Below, one piece after another: positions 1-8,942 of a stretch of DNA of 15,953 nt. Below the pieces are notes generated by a model that saw only the letters and a program-made list of their open reading frames with translations, searched no databases and was not told the DNA's origin. The first letter of the stretch is position 1, and every line of letters starts with the position of its first letter. The stretch spans positions 1 to 15,953 of the forward strand of contig NW_021825332.1 in assembly GCF_006345805.1 (NCBI RefSeq), given 5' to 3'. The stretch comes from Octopus sinensis. Taxonomy: Eukaryota. Both the position numbers and the translations under genes were made by a program.

Positions 1-200
1 TCTCTCTCTCTCTCTATGTATATACATATATATATGTATATATGTATATATATATAAATATATAAGATATAACTTACTTGGAAATGGATGCGTGGCGTTC
101 GATCATATAATAATATAAATGATATATAAATATATGCATATACACATATATATATATGTACATACCTACATATATATATATGTATATATACATGCATATA
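1..200. repeat. (TC)n/(TA)n/(TACA)n microsatellite block
   Basis: Direct dinucleotide repeats with short interruptions. Confidence 0.9.
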
Positions 201-400
201 TGGGTACAGGACGTCAAAAAAATGTAAACAAAATGATAAACGAGAATATAAAAAACAAAAACATAGAAAACGAACATTTTTCGAACAACGAATGAAACAG
301 AGAAACGAGACAGGCAACATAAAGAACATTCCCTTCATCAGTTGTCCCCTGTTTTATCTACTCCGCATTTCGAAGGTAGGGACAAATATATATGTATGCG
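201..400 (-). mobile_element. Short non-autonomous element, possibly Penelope-like or retrozyme-like: hammerhead-like 5' part followed by a T-rich tail
   Basis: Complex sequence island between two TA microsatellites. The minus strand carries GAAA (371-368) and CTGATGA (341-335), followed by a T-rich 3' segment (330-201). Confidence 0.45.
331..400 (-). ncRNA. Candidate non-circularly permuted hammerhead ribozyme; this copy is interrupted by 9 nt
   Basis: Core CUGAUGA 341-335 and GAAA 371-368. Stem I: UUGUCCC (385-379) / GGGACAA (348-342). Stem III: AUGCG (368-364) / CGCAU (400-396), followed by A395. Weak stem II: AGGG (334-331) / CCUU (376-373). Confidence 0.5.
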
Positions 401-474
401 TGTGTGTGTGCGTGCGGGTGTATACCCACACACACATACATCACTATATATACATATATATATATATATATATG

Positions 475-508
<34 letters not shown>

Positions 509-520
509 GATATATATACA
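401..520. repeat. (TG)n/(CA)n/(TA)n microsatellite
   Basis: Direct repeats. Confidence 0.9.
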
Positions 521-527
521 AAATTTA

Positions 528-757
528 AGGACTGACCACTAAAAGTGGACAGCCTGTATGCTAGTATAGACGTCAAAATCGCCATTTTCCACGAAGAATG
601 TGTTATCAAGAAAAAATTCAGCAAAAAACCAAAGCGTAAAAATAAGCAAGACAAATGAAAAAATACGAAATAAAAAACGATTACATTCTTTGTGGAAAAT
701 GGCGATTTTGTGTCTATATCTAACATACAGGCTGTCCACTTTTAGTGGTCAGTCCTC
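528..757. mobile_element. Fold-back / MITE-like element with ~74-bp inverted arms
   Basis: 528-601 (AGGACTGACCACTAAAAGTGGACAGCCTGTATG...) is the near-perfect reverse complement of 683-756. The spacer (602-682) is A-rich. TA dinucleotides flank it at 526-527 and 758-759. Confidence 0.75.
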
Positions 758-860
758 TAAATGTTTTATGTAAGAAAATTCTTAATCTTCGGATGTTTTA
801 AAAATATGCTAGGCCACTGGTTTTAATTTTATATATATACACTACAGAAAGACAAATGGT

Positions 861-973
861 TTACTACACGCGTTTCCATAGAGGGGTTTAATTGGAATAC
901 GAGTCCGTTAGATATTTTATAAGGCAACAATAAATTCGAATTGTTCTCCACCAGCCAGTTCATCAGGTGATAT
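861..973 (-). ncRNA. Degenerate type I hammerhead-like motif of the Penelope type, with a long stem II region
   Basis: Minus strand reads TCAC-CTGATGA (966-960) ... GAAAC-GCGT-GTA (876-865) -GTAA. A palindromic ACGCGT lies in stem III. Stem I is only partly paired. Confidence 0.4.
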
Positions 974-976
974 TCT

Positions 977-1219
977 ACTGAAGTCGCTCTTCCTGTGCAA
1001 GCGTCAAAACTTTCGTGCCGGTAGGCGGCGTCAGTTGACAACTAGAGTACAGATGAAAGCAGCGAGTCCAAATGTTGCATCAAATTTTGCCAAAAGCGTG
1101 GTGATGCTCATCCAGATGTTTCAGCGTGCCTTTGGCGATGATGCCATGGGCAAAACTCAGATCAAGGAATGGTACAATCACTTCAAACATGGCCCCCATC
1201 CTCAGGTAGGCCATCCACA
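977..1219 (+). repeat. Inverted duplicate of 1574-1867 (5' part of the mariner remnant plus 12 bp of the adjacent SINE)
   Basis: Reverse-complement match with 4 substitutions and two deletions of 21 bp and 30 bp. The two ORF-track peptides starting MTTRVQMKAASPNV, on opposite strands, are nearly identical. Confidence 0.95.
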
Positions 1220-1288
1220 TGTGTAATGCTCATTCATCGGATTTTCATTTTTACGCAAGATCATCGAACGCGTTGAGCAGAGACTAGG

Positions 1289-1761
1289 AACCCATGTCTG
1301 ATCACCAGTGATAAGGGTCTTCGTAAAGTTTGGGTCTTGGTTTGCACAGTCCAGTCTGTTCTGACCGATTTCTATATAAAGTTGCTTCTGGTGTCCTGCA
1401 AGTTCTTTGGGGACGAATTTTGCCGACACTCTCCGCGTGCACAAATCCTCCGTTAAAACGGAATGCAGTCCTCCTGTGTTTATTCCCACTTCGTGAGTTA
1501 TTTCCTCGATTGTTACACGACGGTCCTCCACGACCATTCGCCGAACCTTCTCAATCGGTTCCTCATTTCGGCTTGTGGATGGCCTACCTGAGCATACCTC
1601 GCTCTCCATTGAGGATGGGGGCCATGTTTGAAGCGATTGTACCATTCCTTGATCTGAGTTTTGCCCATGGCATCATCGCCAAAGGCACGCTGAAACATCT
1701 GGATGAGCATCACCACGCTTTTGGCAAAATTTGATGCAACATTTGGACTCGCTGCTTTCAT
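1289..1761 (-). pseudogene. Tc1/mariner (mariner-type) transposase, frameshifted and truncated at the first catalytic Asp
   Basis: Across frames it reads CIKFCQK..., IQMFQRAFGDDAMGKTQIKEWYNRFKHG (first HTH), GRPSTS, DRRVTIEEI (second HTH), SAKFVPKEL (WVPHEL-like linker) and ITGDQTWV (TGDETW motif). The rest of the DDD domain is absent and no true TIRs are seen. Confidence 0.92.
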
Positions 1762-1834
1762 CTGTACTCTAGTTGTCAACTAACGCCGCCTACCGGCACG
1801 AAAATTTTCACGCTTGCACAGGAAGAGTGGTCCC

Positions 1835-1989
1835 CTAAGTTACGTAGACGTAAACAGCGACTTCAGTTGTCAAGCGATGTGGTGGGGGACAAACACAGAC
1901 ACACAAATACATATACATAATACATACATACAACATACATACATACATACATACATACATACATACATACATCATACATACATACATAC

Positions 1990-2084
<95 letters not shown>

Positions 2085-2229
2085 ATACGGGCGTCTTTCA
2101 GTTTCCGTCTAACAATCAAAGAGGCTTTGATCAGCCCGAGGCTATAATATAAGACACTTGCCCAAGGTGCAACGAAGTGATAGTGAACCCGGAACCATGT
2201 TGCTGGTTAGCAACCTACTCATCACACAG

Positions 2230-2230
<1 letters not shown>
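1835..2230 (-). mobile_element. tRNA-derived SINE family A; truncated, diverged copy with an expanded internal (TACA)n/(TA)n
   Basis: Colinear with 8080-8337, sharing CTAAGT.ACG..GACG.AAACA, TTTCAGTTTCCGTCTA, GACACTTGCCCAAG and GAACCCGGAACCATGT. Confidence 0.85.
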
Positions 2231-2268
<38 letters not shown>

Positions 2269-2464
2269 AATACACCTTATATATACATATACACATATTT
2301 TGTTATGGTAGACGCTGATGATCGCAGCTCCATTTATAGAAAAGCCTTTCTCTGTTGAACACCCCTTTCTATTCGTCACACACACACACACACATACACA
2401 CACACACATAGATATAGATATATACGCGTGTTTATATGCAAAATGAATTTCGATACGAATACTA

Positions 2465-2681
2465 GTTTCAAACATTGGCACAAGGCCAGCAATTTTGGAG
2501 GAGGCGTGGGTAAGTTGATCAAATCGATTCCAGTTCTAGTCTGGTACCTATTTTATCGACCACGAAAGGATGAAAAGCAAAGTCGACCTCGACGGAATTT
2601 GAACTCAGCACATTAAAGACGAACGAAATGCCTCTAAACATTTTGCCCGGCGTCTTAACGATTCTGCCAGCTCGGCGCCTT
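2465..2681 (-). mobile_element. tRNA-derived SINE family B
   Basis: Minus-strand head AAGGCGCCGAGCTGGCAGAATCG and B box GAGTTCAAATTCC. Homologous to the copies at 5185, 12930, 14703 and 14956. Confidence 0.9.
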
Positions 2682-2854
2682 CGTTCAATACAAATATTGG
2701 TATTAAAATGCTAGGCATTTTGATGTTAATCAATCGTATTTCCAATTATACATTGCATCCATATATTTACACATAATTTAGGTTATGAATATCATTATTC
2801 TTTTTCTCTTTCATCATTTTGGCGTTGATAATACAAAGTGCCAAATGAAGCCGC

Positions 2855-2901
2855 CAGGGTCGATGTAATCGACCACCCGCACGTCCCTAAAATTTGCTAC
2901 C
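2855..2901 (+). mobile_element. 3' fragment of SINE family B
   Basis: GGGTCGATGTAATCGAC matches 13080-13096 (GGGTCAATGTAATCGAC). Confidence 0.55.
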
Positions 2902-3019
2902 TAACCACCAGGATGGTACGACACTTAATAAATGCTGCCACCATCACCAACAAAAACAATAACAACAACACGAATACCATTACATAGACTCCACCCCATC
3001 CACCCATCCTAAGCTCATT

Positions 3020-3290
3020 CTCTTTCTTCCGTCTTATTTCGCATGGAACACCTCGTTCCCTCTCATCCTATCTCACCCACACTTCTTCTTTCCCTTCTTC
3101 TTCTTCTTCTTCTCTGCTCCTCCTCCTCCTCCTCCTTTTTGCCTTTACTCTCTCTCTCCTCGATCCTTCTGTCCCTTCCCCTCTCTCTCTCTCTCCAAAA
3201 CCCACCACCGTGACCACTCCATTCTTCCCCGTCTAATTCCTATCCCAACCTGCCACAGGCCCCCCCCCCCGCCCCCCGCTGCCCTCCACG
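3020..3290. repeat. Polypyrimidine low-complexity tract: (CTT)n, (CCT)n, (CT)n and a C-run
   Basis: Direct composition. Confidence 0.85.
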
Positions 3291-3454
3291 CTACTTGGTC
3301 GTGTGTCGACCCTGACTCCAGCTGTTTCACAACCCCACACTGCGCTACTAATTCGTTTGTCACTTACATGTTCATCGACCACCACCACCGCCACCCATCA
3401 CCGATCACCTTTTCCAGCGTTTTACTGTCATTCCTACTACAAGTACAAGAACCG

Positions 3455-3773
3455 CGACAACTACTACTACTAACTTCTACTACTATTACCAGCCAGGCCT
3501 TTACTACTGTTTCTGCGATTACTAGTTGTAAAAGTACTACTTACATCTGGTATACTACCATTTCTGCTACTGCTACTACTGCTATTACAACCAGCTGGGC
3601 CATCACTTGTCAATACTACTAATAAAAAAGTACTAATATTTGGGGTGCCGCTACTACTACTACTAATACTACCATCACTATTAGTAATAATAATAACAAG
3701 AAGAAGAGAAGAAGAAGAAGAAGAAGAAGAAGAAGAAGAAGAAGAAGAAGAAGAAGAAGAAGAAGAAGAAGAA
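3455..3773. repeat. Degenerate (ACT)n grading into (AAT)n and a pure (AAG)n
   Basis: Direct trinucleotide repeats, with a weak ~97-bp internal duplication (AAAAGTACTA at 3530 and 3626). Confidence 0.85.
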
Positions 3774-3777
3774 ATAG

Positions 3778-4302
3778 CCTGATGTAATACCAGGCAGAGG
3801 CTCTCGTGGCTTCTGATCTTAACTAATTGGAAGTGTTGTCATGTACATTGTTTTGTCTTGGTATAAAAGGTGATCTACAGCAAATATTCTGCTCAATACC
3901 ACAGATTTGCTTGTCAGTTGTTTGACCTTAACCAGTTGAGCATGTCCTTTAGTGGCTGACGATATGTGCATCTCTGATCATAGCCATGTGTTGAGAGGAA
4001 TTCTTTGGGGTGTGAATAATTCACCTCTGGAAACATGGGTGTTTCGTTCAACATCCTTAAACAACCCTTATTCAGGGACCTTTTGAGCGGGATGGGCTAC
4101 TCAACCTGAAGAAAATTCTAACTGGGCCCCACCTGCAAGGTCATGTGCTGTTTATTTTGATATGAGATCACCATGTTGCGCACATATTGTTGTGATGCAT
4201 GTGCCTAATGTACCCTTATCAGACGGGTAGACATGATGGGTATACTGGGCCTCGTTTATTTTACACCAGTGTTCTTTTGATGGCATGCACTGCTCTCTCA
4301 CT
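3778..4302 (+). mobile_element. ~525-bp non-coding retroposon with (AAC)/(AAT)n tail, copy 1
   Basis: 3806-4302 is colinear with the reverse complement of 13732-14258. Both copies end CTGCTCTCTCACT followed by an AAC/AAT-type array. Copy 1 lacks 23 bp between two ATCA microhomologies near 3980. Confidence 0.9.
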
Positions 4303-4303
4303 T

Positions 4304-4358
4304 AACAACAACAACAACAATAATTATAATGATGATAATAATAATAATAATAATAATA

Positions 4359-4390
<32 letters not shown>

Positions 4391-4437
4391 TAATGATAAT
4401 AATAATGATAATAATAATAATAAAAATAATAATAATA

Positions 4438-4493
<56 letters not shown>

Positions 4494-4506
4494 GATAATG
4501 ATAATA
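4304..4506. repeat. (AAC)n/(AAT)n microsatellite
   Basis: Direct repeats. Confidence 0.95.
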
Positions 4507-4513
4507 GAACTAA

Positions 4514-4625
4514 AATACCCGAGACATCGTATATCATGACGATGCTTCCACGATTCCATCAAGAGTTGAAGATCCATGACAAAATAAGGCAAAGTACAGG
4601 TGTTCTAAGTTCAAGATCTGTCCGC
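4514..4625 (+). pseudogene. Possible decayed restriction-like endonuclease (RLE) fragment of an R4/Dong LINE
   Basis: The frame from 4514 reads NTRDIVYHD...SRVEDP*QNKAKYRCSKFKI. This loosely resembles NRPDIV..D and RV..KE.EK..KY..LK.EI, with an internal deletion. Confidence 0.3.
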
Positions 4626-5083
4626 GCCTTTCTTTCTTCTGAGACCCTATAACTAATAACAGTCGCGTATTGGAGAAAATGTTCTCAACAAAACCCCTCC
4701 CCACTCACAGCCGCAATAAAAATGACGATTATTGTTCCTTATACTCGATAACCGAACACTGAGTCGTCATTTATCAGAAATACTTACCAGAGTTTTAGAT
4801 CAAGACAGAGATGGCTGTAAAAGACCAACAATAAGCATTTGACATTTGGAATATTATCAGGTGACCATAATTCTCCACTTGCTCAACAAGTGCCCATGTA
4901 AGTAAATGCATTCTATATGTGGAAGATATACCCATGAGCAAATGTTCTCAGACATCGTGGAATCCTGGTGCGGTTTTCCTAAAATCAAAGACTCCATATA
5001 TTTATGTTACTGGCAACACCTACCGTCCTAATTTTGATAAGATACTAAATGTAACAAAAATTTGTTCAAAAAGAGAGAATATG

Positions 5084-5115
<32 letters not shown>

Positions 5116-5120
5116 ATCGA

Positions 5121-5187
5121 TTTCAACTCAGAACGTAGGGACAAGCGAAACACCGCTAAACATTTCATCCAACGTGCTAACAATTCT
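5121..5187 (-). mobile_element. Head-region fragment of SINE family B
   Basis: AACTCAGAACGTAG...GAAA.ACCGCTAA.CAT parallels 5322-5360. Confidence 0.7.
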
Positions 5188-5398
5188 TTTCTACCCTAGG
5201 CACAAGGCCTGAAATTTCGGGGGTGGGGACCAGTTGATTAGATCGACCCCAGAACGCAACTGCTACTTAATTTATTGACCCCGAAAAGATGAAAGGCAAA
5301 GTCGACCTCGGCGTAATTTGAACTCAGAACGTAGCGGCAGACGAAATACCGCTAAGCATCTCGCCCGGCGTGCTCCAATTTTGCCAGCACGCCGCCTT
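5185..5398 (-). mobile_element. tRNA-derived SINE family B, variant ending TTGTGCCTAG.GTAGAAAAGA
   Basis: Near full-length reverse complement of 14956-15170. Confidence 0.92.
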
Positions 5399-5770
5399 AA
5401 GGGCAACATAGAGAATGGAATCTAGCATAGCTAACATCCTTTGAAATACTCAGTTCAAATCCTGCCGAAGATAACCTTGTTTTTCAATAAAAGAAAAGCC
5501 TAGCTGCAATATATTGAGGCTGGATTATATTCTCCTCTTGTGTAGAGTTATTTTATCTCGATGTAAGAAAGAAATTCGTTATTTGTGGAGAAAGATTTGA
5601 ACTATAGGTAACTGCTGCACCAGCTGTAGAAGCAATTAAAGAACTTTTTTGCGGTATTTAGTTGCGGCCCTGCACAGCCTGTGTTCAAATCCCCCATCCA
5701 TAAGCCTTAACTTTTTTCCTTCCCTCGCCCCATATATGTTGGTGTTCGTGTGTGTCTGTTTAAATATAAA

Positions 5771-6092
5771 TGGCCCTCTGTCGCTTACGATGACGAGGGT
5801 TCCAATTGATCCGATCAACAGAATAGCCTGTTCATGAAATTAACGTGAAAGTGGCTGAGTATTCCACAGACACGCGTACCCTTAACGTAGTTCTCCGGGA
5901 GGTTCAGTGTGACTCAGAATGTGATTTGGTTTGAGACTTTGACATACAGGAACGATTCATTTTTGCCAGCTGAGTGAATCGGAGCAACGTGAAAATAAAG
6001 CGTCTTGCTCAAGGACACAACACGGCGCCAGGAATCGAACTCACGACCTTACAATCCTAAGCCGAATTCCCAAACCCTTAAGCTATGCGCCT
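5771..6092 (-). mobile_element. tRNA-derived SINE family C
   Basis: Minus-strand head AGGCGCATAGCTTAAGGG and B box GAGTTCGATTCC (6042-6031). These are followed by GTTGTGTCCTTGAGCAAGAC.CTT, the type of segment that follows the tRNA head in many metazoan SINE superfamilies. Single copy in this window; the 3' boundary is approximate. Confidence 0.75.
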
Positions 6093-6475
6093 CCTATCAC
6101 TTGGCTAACTAAACTGATAAAAGACAAAGACCGAAGTAACAGGTTGCTTTTGTTCATGCTTAAACCCAGGTCGAGCCTTAACCAGCCAAATCTACGAACA
6201 AAATCTTTCTAGCCGTGACCACCCTATTTTTTCCCTATGAGCAGAGTACCTTCAACCCACGCTCTCCAATATAACTTGATTTTTTTTTCCTTAAGTTTGG
6301 GGCGGAAAATTATATGATTTGGTTGCTATTTCTAACAGGTGTAGTGACCTCGTAGATGCTTACTGAAAACGGTAGACCGGGAAATAAGTGGTGGACCGCG
6401 TCGGTGATGTTTGTGAGATTGAGTAAATGGCTGGGTAAGATTGTAGCCCGATGTTTTAAGCACTGACCTTTTGTT

Positions 6476-6518
6476 AGAGAGGGTGAAAGAGAAAGACAGA
6501 TAAAGAGAGGGAGACAGC

Positions 6519-6568
<50 letters not shown>

Positions 6569-6590
6569 GACACACAGAGAGCGAGAGAGT
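6476..6590. repeat. (GA)n microsatellite
   Basis: Direct repeats. Confidence 0.9.
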
Positions 6591-7004
6591 TAGATAGTCA
6601 GAGATGAACAAAAACAGAGAGGGAGAGATTAAATTAATTTTCTCTCCACGGACTATGACCTTATCCAATATCACGAACTTAACAAAGCAGAAACACATTA
6701 AAACGAAGAAAAAAAATACAAAAAAATCACTACAGACAGAAAAAATTTAAATAATAATAATAAAAAAAGGACTTGAGGTGAACCGTCGTTATTTACTAAT
6801 CCAGGTGGGTCCGTTAGGTTTTGAGGGGATTTTGCATGGATTCAATATCTAAATTACTCTAATTGTTGATTAATGGACCACAAAGATAATTATCTCTCAA
6901 TCAGTGACCGACAATTGTTACCTGGGTTAAAGAGGGAGATGAAACAAGAATAAACACCTTTTTTCTCGTTTTCAAATAACCGTGACTAAAGTGACCAATT
7001 ATGA

Positions 7005-7073
7005 ATACACACACACACACACACACAAATATATATACGTACATGCATATACATGCTTACATACATACGAAAA

Positions 7074-7133
<60 letters not shown>

Positions 7134-7354
7134 TATATATACATATGCATACACACACACACATATATACAACTCATTTAACCTTTTTAACTCTACGTTT
7201 ATCTAAATATCCACTGGTATCGGATTATTGACTTCTCACCCATCCATGCAGCAAGCTGAACGTCATGGTTATGTATTTAAATGTATGTGTTTATACGAGT
7301 ATAAATACACAATATACATATATATATATGTATATGTGTTCATACGAGTATAAT

Positions 7355-7415
<61 letters not shown>

Positions 7416-7500
7416 CATACTACATACATACATACATACATATATACATAACTGCACACATACTCACACAATGCATACACATATATCTATATATATAAGC
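7005..7500. repeat. Compound (CA)n/(TA)n/(TACA)n microsatellites with a short complex spacer
   Basis: Direct repeats. Confidence 0.85.
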
Positions 7501-7598
7501 ATGTATCTAGTAATGTATATGTGTGTATAAAATCTATTCTACGCCACTAAAACGAATTGAGTGCTCTTTCATATGATTTCATACGCAAACATGTTACC

Positions 7599-7641
7599 TG
7601 TTATCTTGTATATGTATCTTGTATATGTTATCTTGTATATG
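7599..7641. repeat. Three tandem ~14-bp units (TATCTTGTATATG)
   Basis: Direct repeats. Confidence 0.8.
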
Positions 7642-7932
7642 TATATGTATCCCAACTATTACATTCCATATATATATATAGATAGATATATATATATTTA
7701 AAATTTATAAGTTTAAATTATTTAAATAATTTTAAAAATTTTAACTTTAATTTAAATGTTTTAATTTGGAATTTCATATTTTATATTTTTTATATTTATA
7801 TTTTATATTTTTTTAATTAATTTTTTTCTATGTATTGGCTTATGATTTTCACTGCTTGATTTGCCTAATAGTGGTTTTATCTCTAATTTAATATAATATA
7901 TGTATATGTATATATATATATAATATATATAT

Positions 7933-8348
7933 ACTCTTTTACTCTTTTTACTCTTTTACTTGTTTAAGTCATTTGACTGCGGCCATGCTGGAGCACCGCC
8001 TTCAGTCGAGCAAATCGACCCCGGGACTTATTCTTTGTAGGCCCAGTACTTATTCTATCGGTCTCTTTTGCCGAACCGCTAAGTGACGGGGACGCAAACA
8101 CACCAGCGTCGGTTGTCAAGAAATGCTAGGGGGGACAGACACAGACACACAAACACACACACATACATATATATATACATATATACGACAGGCTTCTTTC
8201 AGTTTCCGTCTACCAAATCCACTCTCAATGCATTGGTCGGCCCGGGGCTATAGCAGAAGACACTTGCCCAAGATGCCACGCAGTGGGACTGAACCCGGAA
8301 CCATGTGGTTGGTTAGCAAGCTACTTACCACACAGCCACTCCTTCGCC
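7933..8348 (-). mobile_element. tRNA-derived SINE family A, full length
   Basis: A box TGGCTGTGTGG (8338-8328), B box GGTTCAGTCCC (8295-8285), TTGGGCAAGTGTCTTC core-like segment, internal TA/TG repeat and 3' tail (AGTAAAAG)3. Flanked on both sides by (TA)n. Confidence 0.93.
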
Positions 8349-8413
8349 TATATGTATATATGTATATATATATTTGTAAATATATATATGTATATATATA
8401 TGTATATTATAAA

Positions 8414-8498
<85 letters not shown>

Positions 8499-8676
8499 AT
8501 ATCTTATATATATATATATAAATGCATATCTGTGTGTATGTGTGGTGTGTGTGTGTGTTGACAGATGTTGACATGCATCTGTATCAGATACAAAGGTATG
8601 AGCGAATATTCCTGCACAAATACACACACAAAAGTGCGCACAATTACGTATATACATATTTAGACATGGGTGTGTG

Positions 8677-8717
<41 letters not shown>

Positions 8718-8804
8718 GGGAATAGAATATGTAAAGACAGAAAAATGCAGGATTTAAATCCGATTCTGAGTTTTGAGTGCCACATGGAAAAATAGTGTTA
8801 ATTG

Positions 8805-8887
<83 letters not shown>

Positions 8888-8900
8888 CAGATAGATAGAT
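8349..8900. repeat. (TA)n, (TG)n, (CA)n (8678-8713) and (GATA)n (8805-8900) microsatellites
   Basis: Direct repeats. Confidence 0.9.
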
Positions 8901-8942
8901 ATGTATATATTACAAGCATATACATGTATGTATGTGCAACCT

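Noticed and set aside
1330-1734. 134-aa plus-strand ORF
   Set aside because: It is the antisense shadow of the mariner transposase remnant.
977-1867. Inverted arms as terminal inverted repeats of an intact transposon
   Set aside because: The arms consist of transposase coding sequence, extend into a SINE, and lack TA-flanked mariner termini.
3259-3288. C-run that could form a minus-strand G-quadruplex
   Set aside because: Part of a low-complexity pyrimidine tract with no context indicating function.
3361-3377. Minus-strand ATG AAC AT|GTAAGT splice-donor-like site suggesting a first exon
   Set aside because: It is a single 6-mer with no supporting acceptor, ORF or downstream exon, and a similar site at about 3540 lies in degenerate repeat. 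RNA-seq would be needed.
3368-3622. 84-aa Thr-rich ORF
   Set aside because: Product of degenerate (ACC)n/(ACT)n repeats.
6020-6092. SINE heads (here and at 8280-8348 and 14956-15045) as tRNA genes
   Set aside because: A and B boxes are present, but there is no complete cloverleaf and each continues into a SINE body.
7690-7830. Extremely AT-rich block with apparent palindromes
   Set aside because: Pairing is expected by chance at this composition and there are no defined arms.
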